Shown here: piece after piece, positions 33,236 through 42,340 of the stretch
Layout: every line of letters begins with the position of its first letter
Position numbering within the stretch: position 1 is the stretch's first letter
The notes under the pieces: model-generated
Databases searched by the model: none
The model's input: only the letters and a program-made list of their open reading frames with translations
What the model was told of the DNA's origin: nothing
Translations under genes and position numbers: made by a program
Assembly (NCBI GenBank): GCA_963841545.1
Contig: CAWJDE010000008.1
Span: forward strand, 59,957 to 123,956
DNA: 64,000 bases
From: an uncultured Chloroflexia bacterium
Lineage (GTDB): Bacteria; Chloroflexota; Limnocylindria; Limnocylindrales; CSP1-4
Reading direction: 5' to 3'

Positions 33236-34705
33236 TCAGGCCCGCACGGGCGCCTGGAGCGCCGCGCGGACGTCACTGACCAGCTTGTCGAAATCGGTTC
33301 CCAGCGCCGCCTCGCGGCTGCCGAGGCTCGCCATCGCGAGCACCGCGCCGTCCCTGGCGCGTGGTGTGATCCGTGCCCACACGCGCTTGTGCGGGAGCAT
33401 GAAGCGGAGGGCGAAGCCACCGAACAGGAGGGCGCCACCCAGCCAGACCAGCAGCACGCCGGGATCACGTGCGACGTTGAGCCCGGTGAACTTGCTCTCA
33501 CGCTCGAAGGTGACCGTCAGGTCGCCGACGGTCGAGGCCGTGCCCTGGTCGAGCACCTGCTGCGCGACCTGCTGCCCCGAGTCCGCGGCGTACAGCTCGA
33601 GCTCCATCTGGCCGGGCTTGATCGTGGTGTCGCCGTTGCCGAGCGTTCCGACGACCCAGCCGACGTAGTTCGTGCCGGGGATGTTGAACGAGCCGATCGG
33701 CCGGTTGTCGTTGGTCGTGCGCCAGGCCAGCGGCACGCCCTCCGACACCAGCGTGTTGCCGCCGGCGTCGGCCACGGTCATCACCGCCGCCGAGCCGAAG
33801 AAGGCCTGGTAGAAGGTCGTGTCGCCGTACGTCAAGGGGTCGTTGACCCGGATCGTGTGGCGCGCCACCTCGGTGCCGTCCTTGTACAGGACGACCTGGC
33901 TTGCGTAGTCCTCGGGCGCCCCGGTGGTGGCGTAGTACGTGTCGGTGAAGTCGATCAGCTGGATCGACAGCCCGGGCTCGGACCCGACCGGGAGCGTGTT
34001 GCCCTCGGCGATGGTGAAGCTCGAGTTCCGGTAGCCGAAGGTCGCGCCGATGATGACGCCCGCCAGGATCACCACCAGCGCCACATGGCCGATGAGGCCG
34101 GCGAACAGCACCCAGCGGAACCGGTCGGCGTAGACGTGCACCGTCCCGTCGTCCGTCGACAGGGTGCGGTACCGGCGGTGACGAAGCACGCCCGCCACGA
34201 TCGCGAGCGTCTCGGCCGGGGTGTGCCGGACGACGATCGCCTCGTGCTGCGGGGCATGCTCGAAGAACGCGGATCCCACGTCGAGCCGGGGCTTGGTGAT
34301 CGTCCGCCAGACGCCCGGTGTGCGGTGGATGGAGCAGGCGATCAGGCTGATCGTGAGCGCCGCCATCAGGATCCGGAAGGCCACCGAGCTGAACACCTGG
34401 AACAGCTGGAGCGAGTCCAGGATCCCGGTGAAGGCGCCGTACTTGGGGCGGACCTCGGCCAGCCAGTCGGCCTTCGCCTGGGCGTCGTCGAGCACGCCGG
34501 CCGGCGCCTGGATGATCAGGGAGCCCGCAACGCCAAGGACGGCCAGGGCGAGGATCAGGACCATCGCCAGGCGCATCGACGTCAGGAAGTGCCAGAGGCC
34601 CTCGAGACCCTGGTCGACGCGATCCATCGGTCCCGGCTTGGCGGCCACCCGGGCGGCGGGGGCCGCCGCCGGGGACATCTGGCGGGAGCCAGCCTCGTGG
34701 GTCAT
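33236..34705 (-). CDS. resB: Cytochrome c biogenesis protein ResB/Ccs1
   Basis: FLTSMRLA, SLIACS..R, IGH, IRVNDPL...FYQ, ARDPG. Confidence 0.92.
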   Translation of the reverse strand: MTHEAGSRQMSPAAAPAARVAAKPGPMDRVDQGLEGLWHFLTSMRLAMVLILALAVLGVAGSLIIQAPAGVLDDAQAKADWLAEVRPKYGAFTGILDSLQLFQVFSSVAFRILMAALTISLIACSIHRTPGVWRTITKPRLDVGSAFFEHAPQHEAIVVRHTPAETLAIVAGVLRHRRYRTLSTDDGTVHVYADRFRWVLFAGLIGHVALVVILAGVIIGATFGYRNSSFTIAEGNTLPVGSEPGLSIQLIDFTDTYYATTGAPEDYASQVVLYKDGTEVARHTIRVNDPLTYGDTTFYQAFFGSAAVMTVADAGGNTLVSEGVPLAWRTTNDNRPIGSFNIPGTNYVGWVVGTLGNGDTTIKPGQMELELYAADSGQQVAQQVLDQGTASTVGDLTVTFERESKFTGLNVARDPGVLLVWLGGALLFGGFALRFMLPHKRVWARITPRARDGAVLAMASLGSREAALGTDFDKLVSDVRAALQAPVRA

Positions 34706-34718
34706 GTCCGACGACCTC

Positions 34719-35505
34719 CTACAGACCGAAGGGCGACCCGATCGTCGCCAGGCGGCCGAGCGTGTTGGTGAACATCAGCACGCCGACCGTCACGAGCAGG
34801 CTGCCCGTGGCCAGGGAGACGACGTGGTGGTGGCGGCCGACCCACGTCAGACGTCGTGAGACCCACGACGCCCCGAGGGCGACAGCCAGGAACGGAACGG
34901 CGAGGCCCGCCGCGTACGCGATCAGCAGCACGGTGCCCTGGACGACGCTCGCGGTGGCCGTGGCCAGCGCCAGGATCCCGCCCAGGATGGGTCCGATGCA
35001 CGGGCTCCAGCCGGCCGCGAACAGCGATCCGAACACGAGCGACCGGCCGTACGAGGGCGAGCCGCCGGGCGAGCCAACGATGCTGCTGCCTCGCGACAGG
35101 CCGCCCAGACCGGGTCCGCCGGCTGCGACGAGCGTGCCGCCCATGGCGGGCATCATCCGGGTGTCACGCCACAGCGCACGGACGTTGATCACGCCCGCGA
35201 CCTGGAGCCCGAGAAACACCAGCAGGGCGCCGCCGGCCATCGTCAGCAGCCGCTTGTGATCGGCGAGCACGTAGCCCACCGCCCCGATCGAGGCCCAGAA
35301 GGTCACGAACACGAGCGAGAACCCGATCGTGAACGCGAGGCCGTGGAGGAAGGCGGCGCGCCGGCCGGCCGCTGCCGTCGCCGGTCGCGCCGACCATGTA
35401 GCTCAGGTACGCCGGCACGAGCGGCAGGCAGCACGGGGACGCGAACGACACGACGCCGCCGGTGAAGGCGATGCCGAGGCCGAGCGCGCTGCCCAGGTCG
35501 CTCAT
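34719..35505 (-). CDS. ccdA: CcdA/DsbD transmembrane disulfide transporter (apparent frameshift about 35360-35385)
   Basis: SFASPCCLPLVPAYL in one frame, GWSPCIGPILG in another; length 787 nt = 3n+1. Confidence 0.85.
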
Positions 35506-36782
35506 GGCTGGACGCTCCCTGCCGGGGATGCGGCGGGCGCCGGGGACGCGACCGGGGATGCGGCGGGGGACGCGGCGGGGGACGCGGCCGGCGAGCCCGC
35601 GGGCGCGGCGCTCGCCGCAGCCGTGGCGGCAGGCGAGGTGGCCGGCAGCATCGAGGACGCGGCCAGCTGGTCGAGGTGCTGCTGGACGAGCTGAGCGAGG
35701 TTGGTGGTCGAGTCGATCTCGACGACCCTCGCCCATTCGCGCTGGACGCCGTCCCAGTCGGGCGTCGGCAGGCTCAGGTACAGGAAGCCGAGGTCGTAAT
35801 GGACCTCCTGGTTGTCCGGCTCGATGTCGACGACCTGCTTCCAGGTCGCCTCGGCCGACGTGTAGTCGTTGAGGTCGTAGCTGACCGCGCCACGGGCGAG
35901 CAGGGCCTGCACGTTGTTCGGATCGATCGCCAGCAGCTTGTCGAGCCAGCCGGCGGCGCTCTGGTACTCCTCGCCCGCGTAGAACTCGTTTGCGAGGGCG
36001 AGCAGGGTGGCGGTGTCGTTGGGGTCGGCCGCGTACTGCTGCATGAGGCTGTTGACCTTGTCCTGGTCGATCGCCGGCGCCGTGGCAGCGGCCTGGTCGG
36101 AGGTGCCGTCCGTCGCGGCCGCGTTGCCGTTGACGACCGTGTACCCGGCAAGCGCGATGCCGGCCACCGCGACCAGCCCGACCACGCCGAACGCGATCCG
36201 CTTCCAGATCGCGTCGCCGCTCCGGGTGGAGGCGGTCGCCGTTGCCGGAGCCGGCGCCGGGACGGCTGCCTTCGCGGCATGTCCGGTGGCTGCCGGCCTC
36301 GCCGTGCGCCGCCCCCGGGGGACGTCGGGTGCCATGTCCGCGTGGGCGCTGGGCGTCACGAGGGCGTACAGCGCGTCGAGGTCGGCGGCCGAGTCGTCGC
36401 TCTCGACCGCGGCGAGGACCACGTCCTCGTCGTCGTCGAGCGGCTCGATCGCATCGGTGATGGCTGCCGGGGCGTGATCCCGGCGGGCCGGAGGTGTCGC
36501 CGGCCCGCCGGGTACGACCGTCGGCGGCCTCGTCGGGCTCCTGAGGGCTGAGCCCTCGAGACCGACCGGGTCGGTAAGTTGGAGGTACGCCGCATCGAGC
36601 GACCTCGCCTGGGCGTGGGCCCAGCCTCGGAGGCTCGCGGGCGCAGCCGCGAGGTAGTCGCTCACGGCTTCGTGCAGATCGTCGATGTCCTCGGGCGAGG
36701 CGCTGGGGGGCAGGCCGAGCTGCGCGAGCAGCTCGTTCTCCACCGCGGCCCGGCCCGTGGAGGGGAGCACTCGCGCGTTCAT
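35502..36782 (-). CDS. Membrane-anchored TPR protein with J-domain-like N-terminus
   Basis: LGLPPSASPEDI...LDAAYLQLTDP; central TM; TPR-like repeats (DPNDT, DPNNV, EPDNQ); ASPA repeats. Confidence 0.8.
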   Translation of the reverse strand: MNARVLPSTGRAAVENELLAQLGLPPSASPEDIDDLHEAVSDYLAAAPASLRGWAHAQARSLDAAYLQLTDPVGLEGSALRSPTRPPTVVPGGPATPPARRDHAPAAITDAIEPLDDDEDVVLAAVESDDSAADLDALYALVTPSAHADMAPDVPRGRRTARPAATGHAAKAAVPAPAPATATASTRSGDAIWKRIAFGVVGLVAVAGIALAGYTVVNGNAAATDGTSDQAAATAPAIDQDKVNSLMQQYAADPNDTATLLALANEFYAGEEYQSAAGWLDKLLAIDPNNVQALLARGAVSYDLNDYTSAEATWKQVVDIEPDNQEVHYDLGFLYLSLPTPDWDGVQREWARVVEIDSTTNLAQLVQQHLDQLAASSMLPATSPAATAAASAAPAGSPAASPAASPAASPVASPAPAASPAGSVQP

Positions 36783-36984
36783 CCGCGGCCTCCCGTGGGA
36801 CGCGCGCGACGAGGGTCGCGCAGTGGCTGCCGGTTCATCGTGGATCCCTCATGTGATGCCGCGGAGCCCGCGGCCTGACACCTGAGGGCATTGTCCGGAG
36901 CGCCGGCCCTGCGGCCCATCCGTCATGCCGCACATTTCGGCCGGGACGGGGGAGGGCTGTTGGGTGGAGATCCGGCCGGCCCGG

Positions 36985-37000
36985 TGTATCGGCCGATACA
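36985..37000. promoter_or_regulatory. Perfect 16-bp palindrome TGTATCGGCCGATACA, candidate operator
   Basis: Intergenic, upstream of the TPR/ccs operon. Confidence 0.45.
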
Positions 37001-37060
37001 GACGGGCGCTCGCGGCAGCCGGTTCGGCGTGGTCACGCCGCGGCGCGCCCGGCGCTCCCC

Positions 37061-39520
37061 CTACGGAGCCGCCGCGTAGACGTAGCCGTTGTGCGGCTTG
37101 CCGTGGCAGGTCAGGGTGCAGGTCCCCAGGGTGGTCGAGGTCGCGGGCACGAACGACAGCGTTCCGTTGTAGGGCTGCACGTCGGGGGCGAAGTTGACCA
37201 GGCCCGGGGCGGGCGTCTGGCCGCCCACCGCCAGCACATCGCTGTGGATCCGGAAGTGGCACTCGGCACAGGTCGCATTGCCCTGGCCGTCGCCGGCAAC
37301 GTCGATGTCGCGGGCTCCGGTGCCGTTGTAGCCGATGTCGTTCAGGTGGAAGCCGTGCCAGTTGAAGTTGGTGTCGTACCGCGGGTCGCCGCTGTCGTCG
37401 ACCATCGGCGCCTCCGCGTGACACACGTAGCACAGCGAGAAGTCGGTCGCGGCATACGTCTCGTTCGCGGCCAGGAGGTCCCGGTCCCGGTACGGAGCGA
37501 TCAGGAGCCCGCGGTTCGGGCTGGCGTGGTCGTCGAGCGCGGCGTCGGCAGCGGGCGGGCTGGCGGGGTTGGCCAGGGCCGGGTTGCCATGGCAGTTGGT
37601 GCAGCGGATCGTGGATGTCGTGTCGAACGACCACAGCTTGGCGGGCGAGGTGCCCGACAGGCTGAGCGCCATCGCATTCGTCTGGTTCCGGCCCGCCGCC
37701 TCGATCGGGTGGTACGAGACGTTGGCAGGATTGAGCTCCACCGCCTTGTCCAGCGCCCATCCGCTCGGGTGGGCCGGGTCCTGCGCCGGCAGCTCCGTGA
37801 AGCTCGAGTGGCACTTGAAGCACAGCTGGTACTCCAGCGCCGAGGTCTTCTGGAGCGTGTACGTGGGCGCGGTTCCGGCCGCACCGTTGGTCACCGCCAC
37901 GCCCGGCGCTCCCGAGATCGCCCCCGAGGCCGTCCAGCCACCCGTCGTCTCGACCGGCCGGGTCGCGCTGCTCGCGTGCGGCTGGTGGCAGTCGGCACAT
38001 TGGGCGTGACGATTGAGCACCCCCTCGAACTCGTCGTCGCCGGACGAGGTATGCGAGGACGGCTCGGTGGCCGGGTGCTGGTAGTAGGCGGACGTCGCCG
38101 GGACGTTGGCGGGCGCGGACGTGAACTGCGCCTGGATGTTGCCGCTTGCGCCCGAGCCGTCGTGACACTTGAAGCACAGGGAGGCCATCGATGACTCGCC
38201 CAGCAGCAGCGGGCCCTGGGCCGCATGGGTCGTGTGGCAGGCCGCGCACGTGTCCGAGGTGATCGAGGTCGTCATGTGCGGGCTGGTGAAGGCGAGCGGC
38301 GACATCGTGGTGGCTGCCGTACCCGTGGTCACCCGGAGCCCGACGAGCGCCCCGCCGGTCGAGGTGGTCGTCGACGCGGTGCCGGTCACGCCGCCGCCCG
38401 CCGCCAGCGGGTAGAGCGGCAGGGCATCGGGCGTCTTCTTGCCTTGCCGCTGTCCGGGCGACAGCTCGACCAGCGGCTTCGCTCCCATCGTGATCAGCGC
38501 CGGACCCGTGTCCGGCAGCGCGGCGGTGCCGTCGACCAGGCGGAACCGGTAGCTCGCCCACCATGCGGCGTCGACCGTCGCACGCACGGCGAACTCGACC
38601 TCGGTGAAGCTGTGGGCCGGCAGGTCGATCGAGGCGACCGGGTTCTGGCCGGCACTGGACTCGCCGGGCACGGCCGCCGCCGTCGGATCGTCGCTGGCTG
38701 CGAGCCGCAGCCCGGCGGTGTCGATCGTGGCCCTGCGAGCCTTGAACACCTTGCCGTCATCAGCCGCGGCGTAGAAGGGCTCGCCGACGACCGGGTCGAC
38801 CTGCGGGACCGGGGCCCAGCTGCCGTCCGCGCCGGCAACCTGGAGCTCGGGCTTGACCGTCGCATCGGCATCCGCGTCGTTCACGAGCTGGAAGCGGACC
38901 TCGTACACCGTGAACCGCTGGGCGTCCTCGAGCGCCTGGTCGAGGTCGCCGCGGGCCACGACGGTGCCGTGGGTGTTGAGCGTCTCGACCCACGCATGAT
39001 CGACGTGCGGCCCGGCCGGCATCGGGCTGACGGAGGGCAAGGGCTCGGCCGACGGATCAGTCGACGGCTCGGCCGACGGATCAGTCGACGGCTCGGCCGA
39101 TGCGGACGGTTCGGGCGAAGCCGACGGTTCAGGCGACGTGCCCGGATCAGGGCTCGAGCCGGGGCCGGTGCTCTCGGTGGGCTCCGGCGTCGCGGGCGGG
39201 GACGACGGGGAAGGCGATGCGGGCTCGGCCGACGGCGACGGCGCGGGCGCGGGCGACGGGGAAGGCGATGCGGGCTCCGACGGGGCGGGCGTCGGCGGGG
39301 GCGCCGGTGTCGCCGTGGGCGCGGGCGTCGGCGGGGGCGGGGGCGTCGCCGTGGGCGCGGGCGTGGCGTCGGGGGACGGCTCGGCCGATTCCGACGGCGC
39401 GGCCGACGGGTCCAGCGCGCGCGCCGCCGGGATGACCGGCGAGACTGCGCCGAGCATGCCGGTCACGACCAGGACCACCCCGAAGAGGGGTCCGGCGCGG
39501 CGGGTGAAGGGCCGGTTCAT
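37061..39520 (-). CDS. Secreted octaheme cytochrome c with Pro/Ser/Thr-rich stalk
   Basis: Signal peptide; long P/S/T/A/E linker; CAACH, CFKCH, CADCH, CFKCH, CTNCH, CYVCH, CAECH, CTLTCH (CX3CH). Confidence 0.9.
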   Translation of the reverse strand: MNRPFTRRAGPLFGVVLVVTGMLGAVSPVIPAARALDPSAAPSESAEPSPDATPAPTATPPPPPTPAPTATPAPPPTPAPSEPASPSPSPAPAPSPSAEPASPSPSSPPATPEPTESTGPGSSPDPGTSPEPSASPEPSASAEPSTDPSAEPSTDPSAEPLPSVSPMPAGPHVDHAWVETLNTHGTVVARGDLDQALEDAQRFTVYEVRFQLVNDADADATVKPELQVAGADGSWAPVPQVDPVVGEPFYAAADDGKVFKARRATIDTAGLRLAASDDPTAAAVPGESSAGQNPVASIDLPAHSFTEVEFAVRATVDAAWWASYRFRLVDGTAALPDTGPALITMGAKPLVELSPGQRQGKKTPDALPLYPLAAGGGVTGTASTTTSTGGALVGLRVTTGTAATTMSPLAFTSPHMTTSITSDTCAACHTTHAAQGPLLLGESSMASLCFKCHDGSGASGNIQAQFTSAPANVPATSAYYQHPATEPSSHTSSGDDEFEGVLNRHAQCADCHQPHASSATRPVETTGGWTASGAISGAPGVAVTNGAAGTAPTYTLQKTSALEYQLCFKCHSSFTELPAQDPAHPSGWALDKAVELNPANVSYHPIEAAGRNQTNAMALSLSGTSPAKLWSFDTTSTIRCTNCHGNPALANPASPPAADAALDDHASPNRGLLIAPYRDRDLLAANETYAATDFSLCYVCHAEAPMVDDSGDPRYDTNFNWHGFHLNDIGYNGTGARDIDVAGDGQGNATCAECHFRIHSDVLAVGGQTPAPGLVNFAPDVQPYNGTLSFVPATSTTLGTCTLTCHGKPHNGYVYAAAP

Positions 39521-39572
39521 CGAGCCAAGGTTCCTGCGTGCTGGGGGCGCTGGGACGCCGGTGGATGGTGGG

Positions 39573-40853
39573 TCAGGGAGTGACCACGTTGGTGAACGGG
39601 ACCGTGCCCGTGGGGTCGTGACAGGCCTGGCAGGTGCCACGGTTGTCGATCTTGAGCAGGCGGCTGGACGCGGACGTCGTCCCGTCCGGGTAGGGGTAGT
39701 CGGCCGAGAACGACGTCGATCCATCGCCGGCCATCAAGGCGTTGGAGCCATGGGCCACGTGGCACTGCGTGCACTCGTTCTGGCCGACGTCGTGGCGGTA
39801 CCGGAAGATCGGGTCGCCGGTGTCGGTCTGCGCGCCGGTCACCTGGTCGTAGCGGGTGTGGCAGGCGCTGCACCAGGCCGTGATCTGGGCCCGGTAGGAG
39901 GTCAGGTTCGCACCGCCGGGCACGTACATCGGCTTGTCGCCGAACGAGCCCGAGGCCGGGGTGGCGGCGGTGCCGTTCCAGCCCGGGACGCCGTCCCAGG
40001 GCAGGTAGCGGCGCCAGTAGTCGCCCGCGGTGGGATCGGCCGTGCCACCCGTGTAGGTGCCGGCGAGGACATCGGCCAGGGTGCGGCCCCACTGCACCGT
40101 GTAGTTGCGGGTGCCGCTCGCGTCGCTGCCGGTGGGCAGCGCGGCGTCGGTGACGGTCGCGTCCGTTCCGGCCTCGACCATCGCGCCCGTCCCGTCACCC
40201 GGGATCGGGTTGAGGATGCGGTACTGGCCGTTGCCGTGCGGGTTGTGGCAGCTGGCGCAGGTGAGGTCGACGCTCGCGCCGACGCCCGAGCCCGTGCCGC
40301 CGTTGCCCCAGGCGATGCCCGGCGCGGCGGCGAACGTCGCGCCGTCGAGGTGCAGGTGCGCCGATGTCGTCGGCTGGCCCGTATCGAGCACGGGCACCTC
40401 GGCCGAGAACCAGGTCGCGTAAGCGCCGAAGAACAGGCGCGGATACGAGATCCGGCTCGGGTCGCTCGAGTCGATCCGCGCCTCGAGGAACCCACCCGAG
40501 CGCAGGGCACCGGCGAGGACCGCATCGTTGCGACCGCCACCCACGCCCAGCGCGTACTGGACGCCGTCCTCGACGTCGGTGGTGGCGCCGGTCCCGGCCG
40601 CACCGTGGCAGGCCAGGCAGAGCGCTTCCTCGTCGGGTTGGGCGAGCAGGTTCGAACCCTGCCCGGTATGCGCGCGGTGGCAGCCGGCACAGCCGTCGGC
40701 GGACAGCGAGGTCGCGCCCGAGTTGGCGCTGGCCACGTGCGGGCCGCCGTCGGCGAGGACGGGGGCCGCGGCGAGGAACAGCAGGGCGCCCACAGACAGC
40801 GAGACACCGATCGCCGCCCGGATGGCGGCGGGTCCGGTGGCAAGGCGAGTCAT
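39573..40853 (-). CDS. Secreted hexaheme cytochrome c, OmcS-like (paralog B)
   Basis: AGGAG RBS; signal ending VLA-DGGPH; CAGCH, CLACH, CASCH, CSACH, CTQCH, CQACH. Confidence 0.92.
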   Translation of the reverse strand: MTRLATGPAAIRAAIGVSLSVGALLFLAAAPVLADGGPHVASANSGATSLSADGCAGCHRAHTGQGSNLLAQPDEEALCLACHGAAGTGATTDVEDGVQYALGVGGGRNDAVLAGALRSGGFLEARIDSSDPSRISYPRLFFGAYATWFSAEVPVLDTGQPTTSAHLHLDGATFAAAPGIAWGNGGTGSGVGASVDLTCASCHNPHGNGQYRILNPIPGDGTGAMVEAGTDATVTDAALPTGSDASGTRNYTVQWGRTLADVLAGTYTGGTADPTAGDYWRRYLPWDGVPGWNGTAATPASGSFGDKPMYVPGGANLTSYRAQITAWCSACHTRYDQVTGAQTDTGDPIFRYRHDVGQNECTQCHVAHGSNALMAGDGSTSFSADYPYPDGTTSASSRLLKIDNRGTCQACHDPTGTVPFTNVVTP

Positions 40854-40918
40854 CAGCTCACTCCTGGGGCGCATCGTTGCGGTGCTTCGTCGGGGTCACG
40901 GTCATCGGCCTTTGGGGT

Positions 40919-40950
40919 GTGGTGGCCGGGACGAGGTCGCCGGCCACCAC
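40919..40950 (-). terminator. 11-bp perfect stem-loop just downstream of paralog A (terminator or mRNA-stabilising hairpin)
   Basis: GTGGTGGCCGG...CCGGCCACCAC; no U-tract on the coding strand. Confidence 0.55.
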
Positions 40951-40963
40951 GGTTGAGCCCTTG

Positions 40964-42232
40964 CTACGGCACGTACGGGGCCGGAACGGTCCCGGTCGCG
41001 TCGTTGGCAATGATGGTTCCCGTCGGGTCATGGCAGGCCTGGCAGGTTCCACGGTTGTCGATCTTGAGCAGCCGGCTCGAGGCCGACGTGCTCGCATCCG
41101 GATACGGGAAGTCGCTCGAGAACGTGCCGGTCATGGCGGCGTTCGAGCCGTGCGCGACGTGGCAGGTCGTGCAGGCCGTCCGGTTGGTGCCATGGCGGTA
41201 CGTGAAGATCGCGTCCCCGCTGTCCGTCTGCTGCGGGATCGGTGACGTCGTGTTCGCCAGGTAGCGGCTGTGGCACTGTGCGCACCAGGCCGTGATCTGG
41301 GCGTTGAACGTCTGGAGCCCGTTCGGAGCGTCGTTCGAGGTCACGCCGGCGGGCGGCGCGACCGTGTTGTCGACCTGCGGATCCCACGGCACGGTGCGAT
41401 GGAAGTAGTCGCCCATCGCATTCGAGTACCCAGCGAGGCCCTCGACATCGCTCGCGAGGAGCGTGCCGGTGCCGCCCTGGGTCTGGATGACCGTGTAGTT
41501 CCGCGTCTCGCCGGCACCAGGGAGGGCAGCGTCGGTGACGACGGTGTCCACGGTGGCCGCGGCGAAGGTGTCGCCAGTGGTCGTCTCGGGGGTCGGGATC
41601 GGGTTGAGGATGCGGTAGTTGCCGTTCCCATGCGGGTTGTGGCAGCTGGTGCAGGTCATCCCGCTGACCGTGCCGCCGGGGTTGTCGGTCGCGTCAAACG
41701 TCGCGCCCGGTGTCCCCGCGATGTTGCCCCAGGCAACGCCCGTGGCAACGACGCCGCCGGCGCCATCGAGGTCGAGATGGGCCGAGGTCACCGGCGCGCC
41801 GGAGGCGAGCACCGAGACCTTGGTATGGAACGAGACGGCGGTGGCACTGCGCATGTAGCCGATTCGGTACGGATCCGCGGAGTTGATCCGCGCATCCACG
41901 AAGCCGCCATCGCGGAGAGCACCGAGCACGGGCTGCGTGCCCGTCCCGTCATTGGCGAGGGTGTACTGCACGCCACTCTCGACGTCGGTGGTGGCACCGG
42001 TGCCGGCCGCGCCGTGGCACGACAGGCAGAGGGCCTCCTCGTCGGGGGCAGCGAGCAGGTTGGATCCCTGTGCGGTGTGGGCCCGGTGGCAGCCGGCGCA
42101 TCCGTCGGCCGTCAGGGTGCTGACGCCCGAGTTCGCCGAAGCCACGTGGGGTCCACCGTCCGCAAAGACAGGAATCGCGGCAAGGAACAGCCAGAGGCTA
42201 CCGGCTGCTACGAGCAGCATCAGCCTTCTCAA
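40964..42232 (-). CDS. Secreted hexaheme cytochrome c, OmcS-like (paralog A)
   Basis: TTG start after AAAGGAGGTG; signal ending VFA-DGGPH; CAGCH, CLSCH, CTSCH, CAQCH, CTTCH, CQACH. Confidence 0.92.
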   Translation of the reverse strand: MRRLMLLVAAGSLWLFLAAIPVFADGGPHVASANSGVSTLTADGCAGCHRAHTAQGSNLLAAPDEEALCLSCHGAAGTGATTDVESGVQYTLANDGTGTQPVLGALRDGGFVDARINSADPYRIGYMRSATAVSFHTKVSVLASGAPVTSAHLDLDGAGGVVATGVAWGNIAGTPGATFDATDNPGGTVSGMTCTSCHNPHGNGNYRILNPIPTPETTTGDTFAAATVDTVVTDAALPGAGETRNYTVIQTQGGTGTLLASDVEGLAGYSNAMGDYFHRTVPWDPQVDNTVAPPAGVTSNDAPNGLQTFNAQITAWCAQCHSRYLANTTSPIPQQTDSGDAIFTYRHGTNRTACTTCHVAHGSNAAMTGTFSSDFPYPDASTSASSRLLKIDNRGTCQACHDPTGTIIANDATGTVPAPYVP

Positions 42233-42340
42233 ACTGTCCTCACCTCCTTTCTTGCACTGCGGGTTGTGGAATGGGCCGCCCGTTGTCGGCGGCGACTGCA
42301 GGATTCGGGCCTCACCTCCCCTCTCGCTTCGTGTTGGGCT

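Noticed and set aside
39040-39420. Repeats in the octaheme gene as an independent element
   Set aside because: In-frame coding repeats of a Pro/Ser-rich linker
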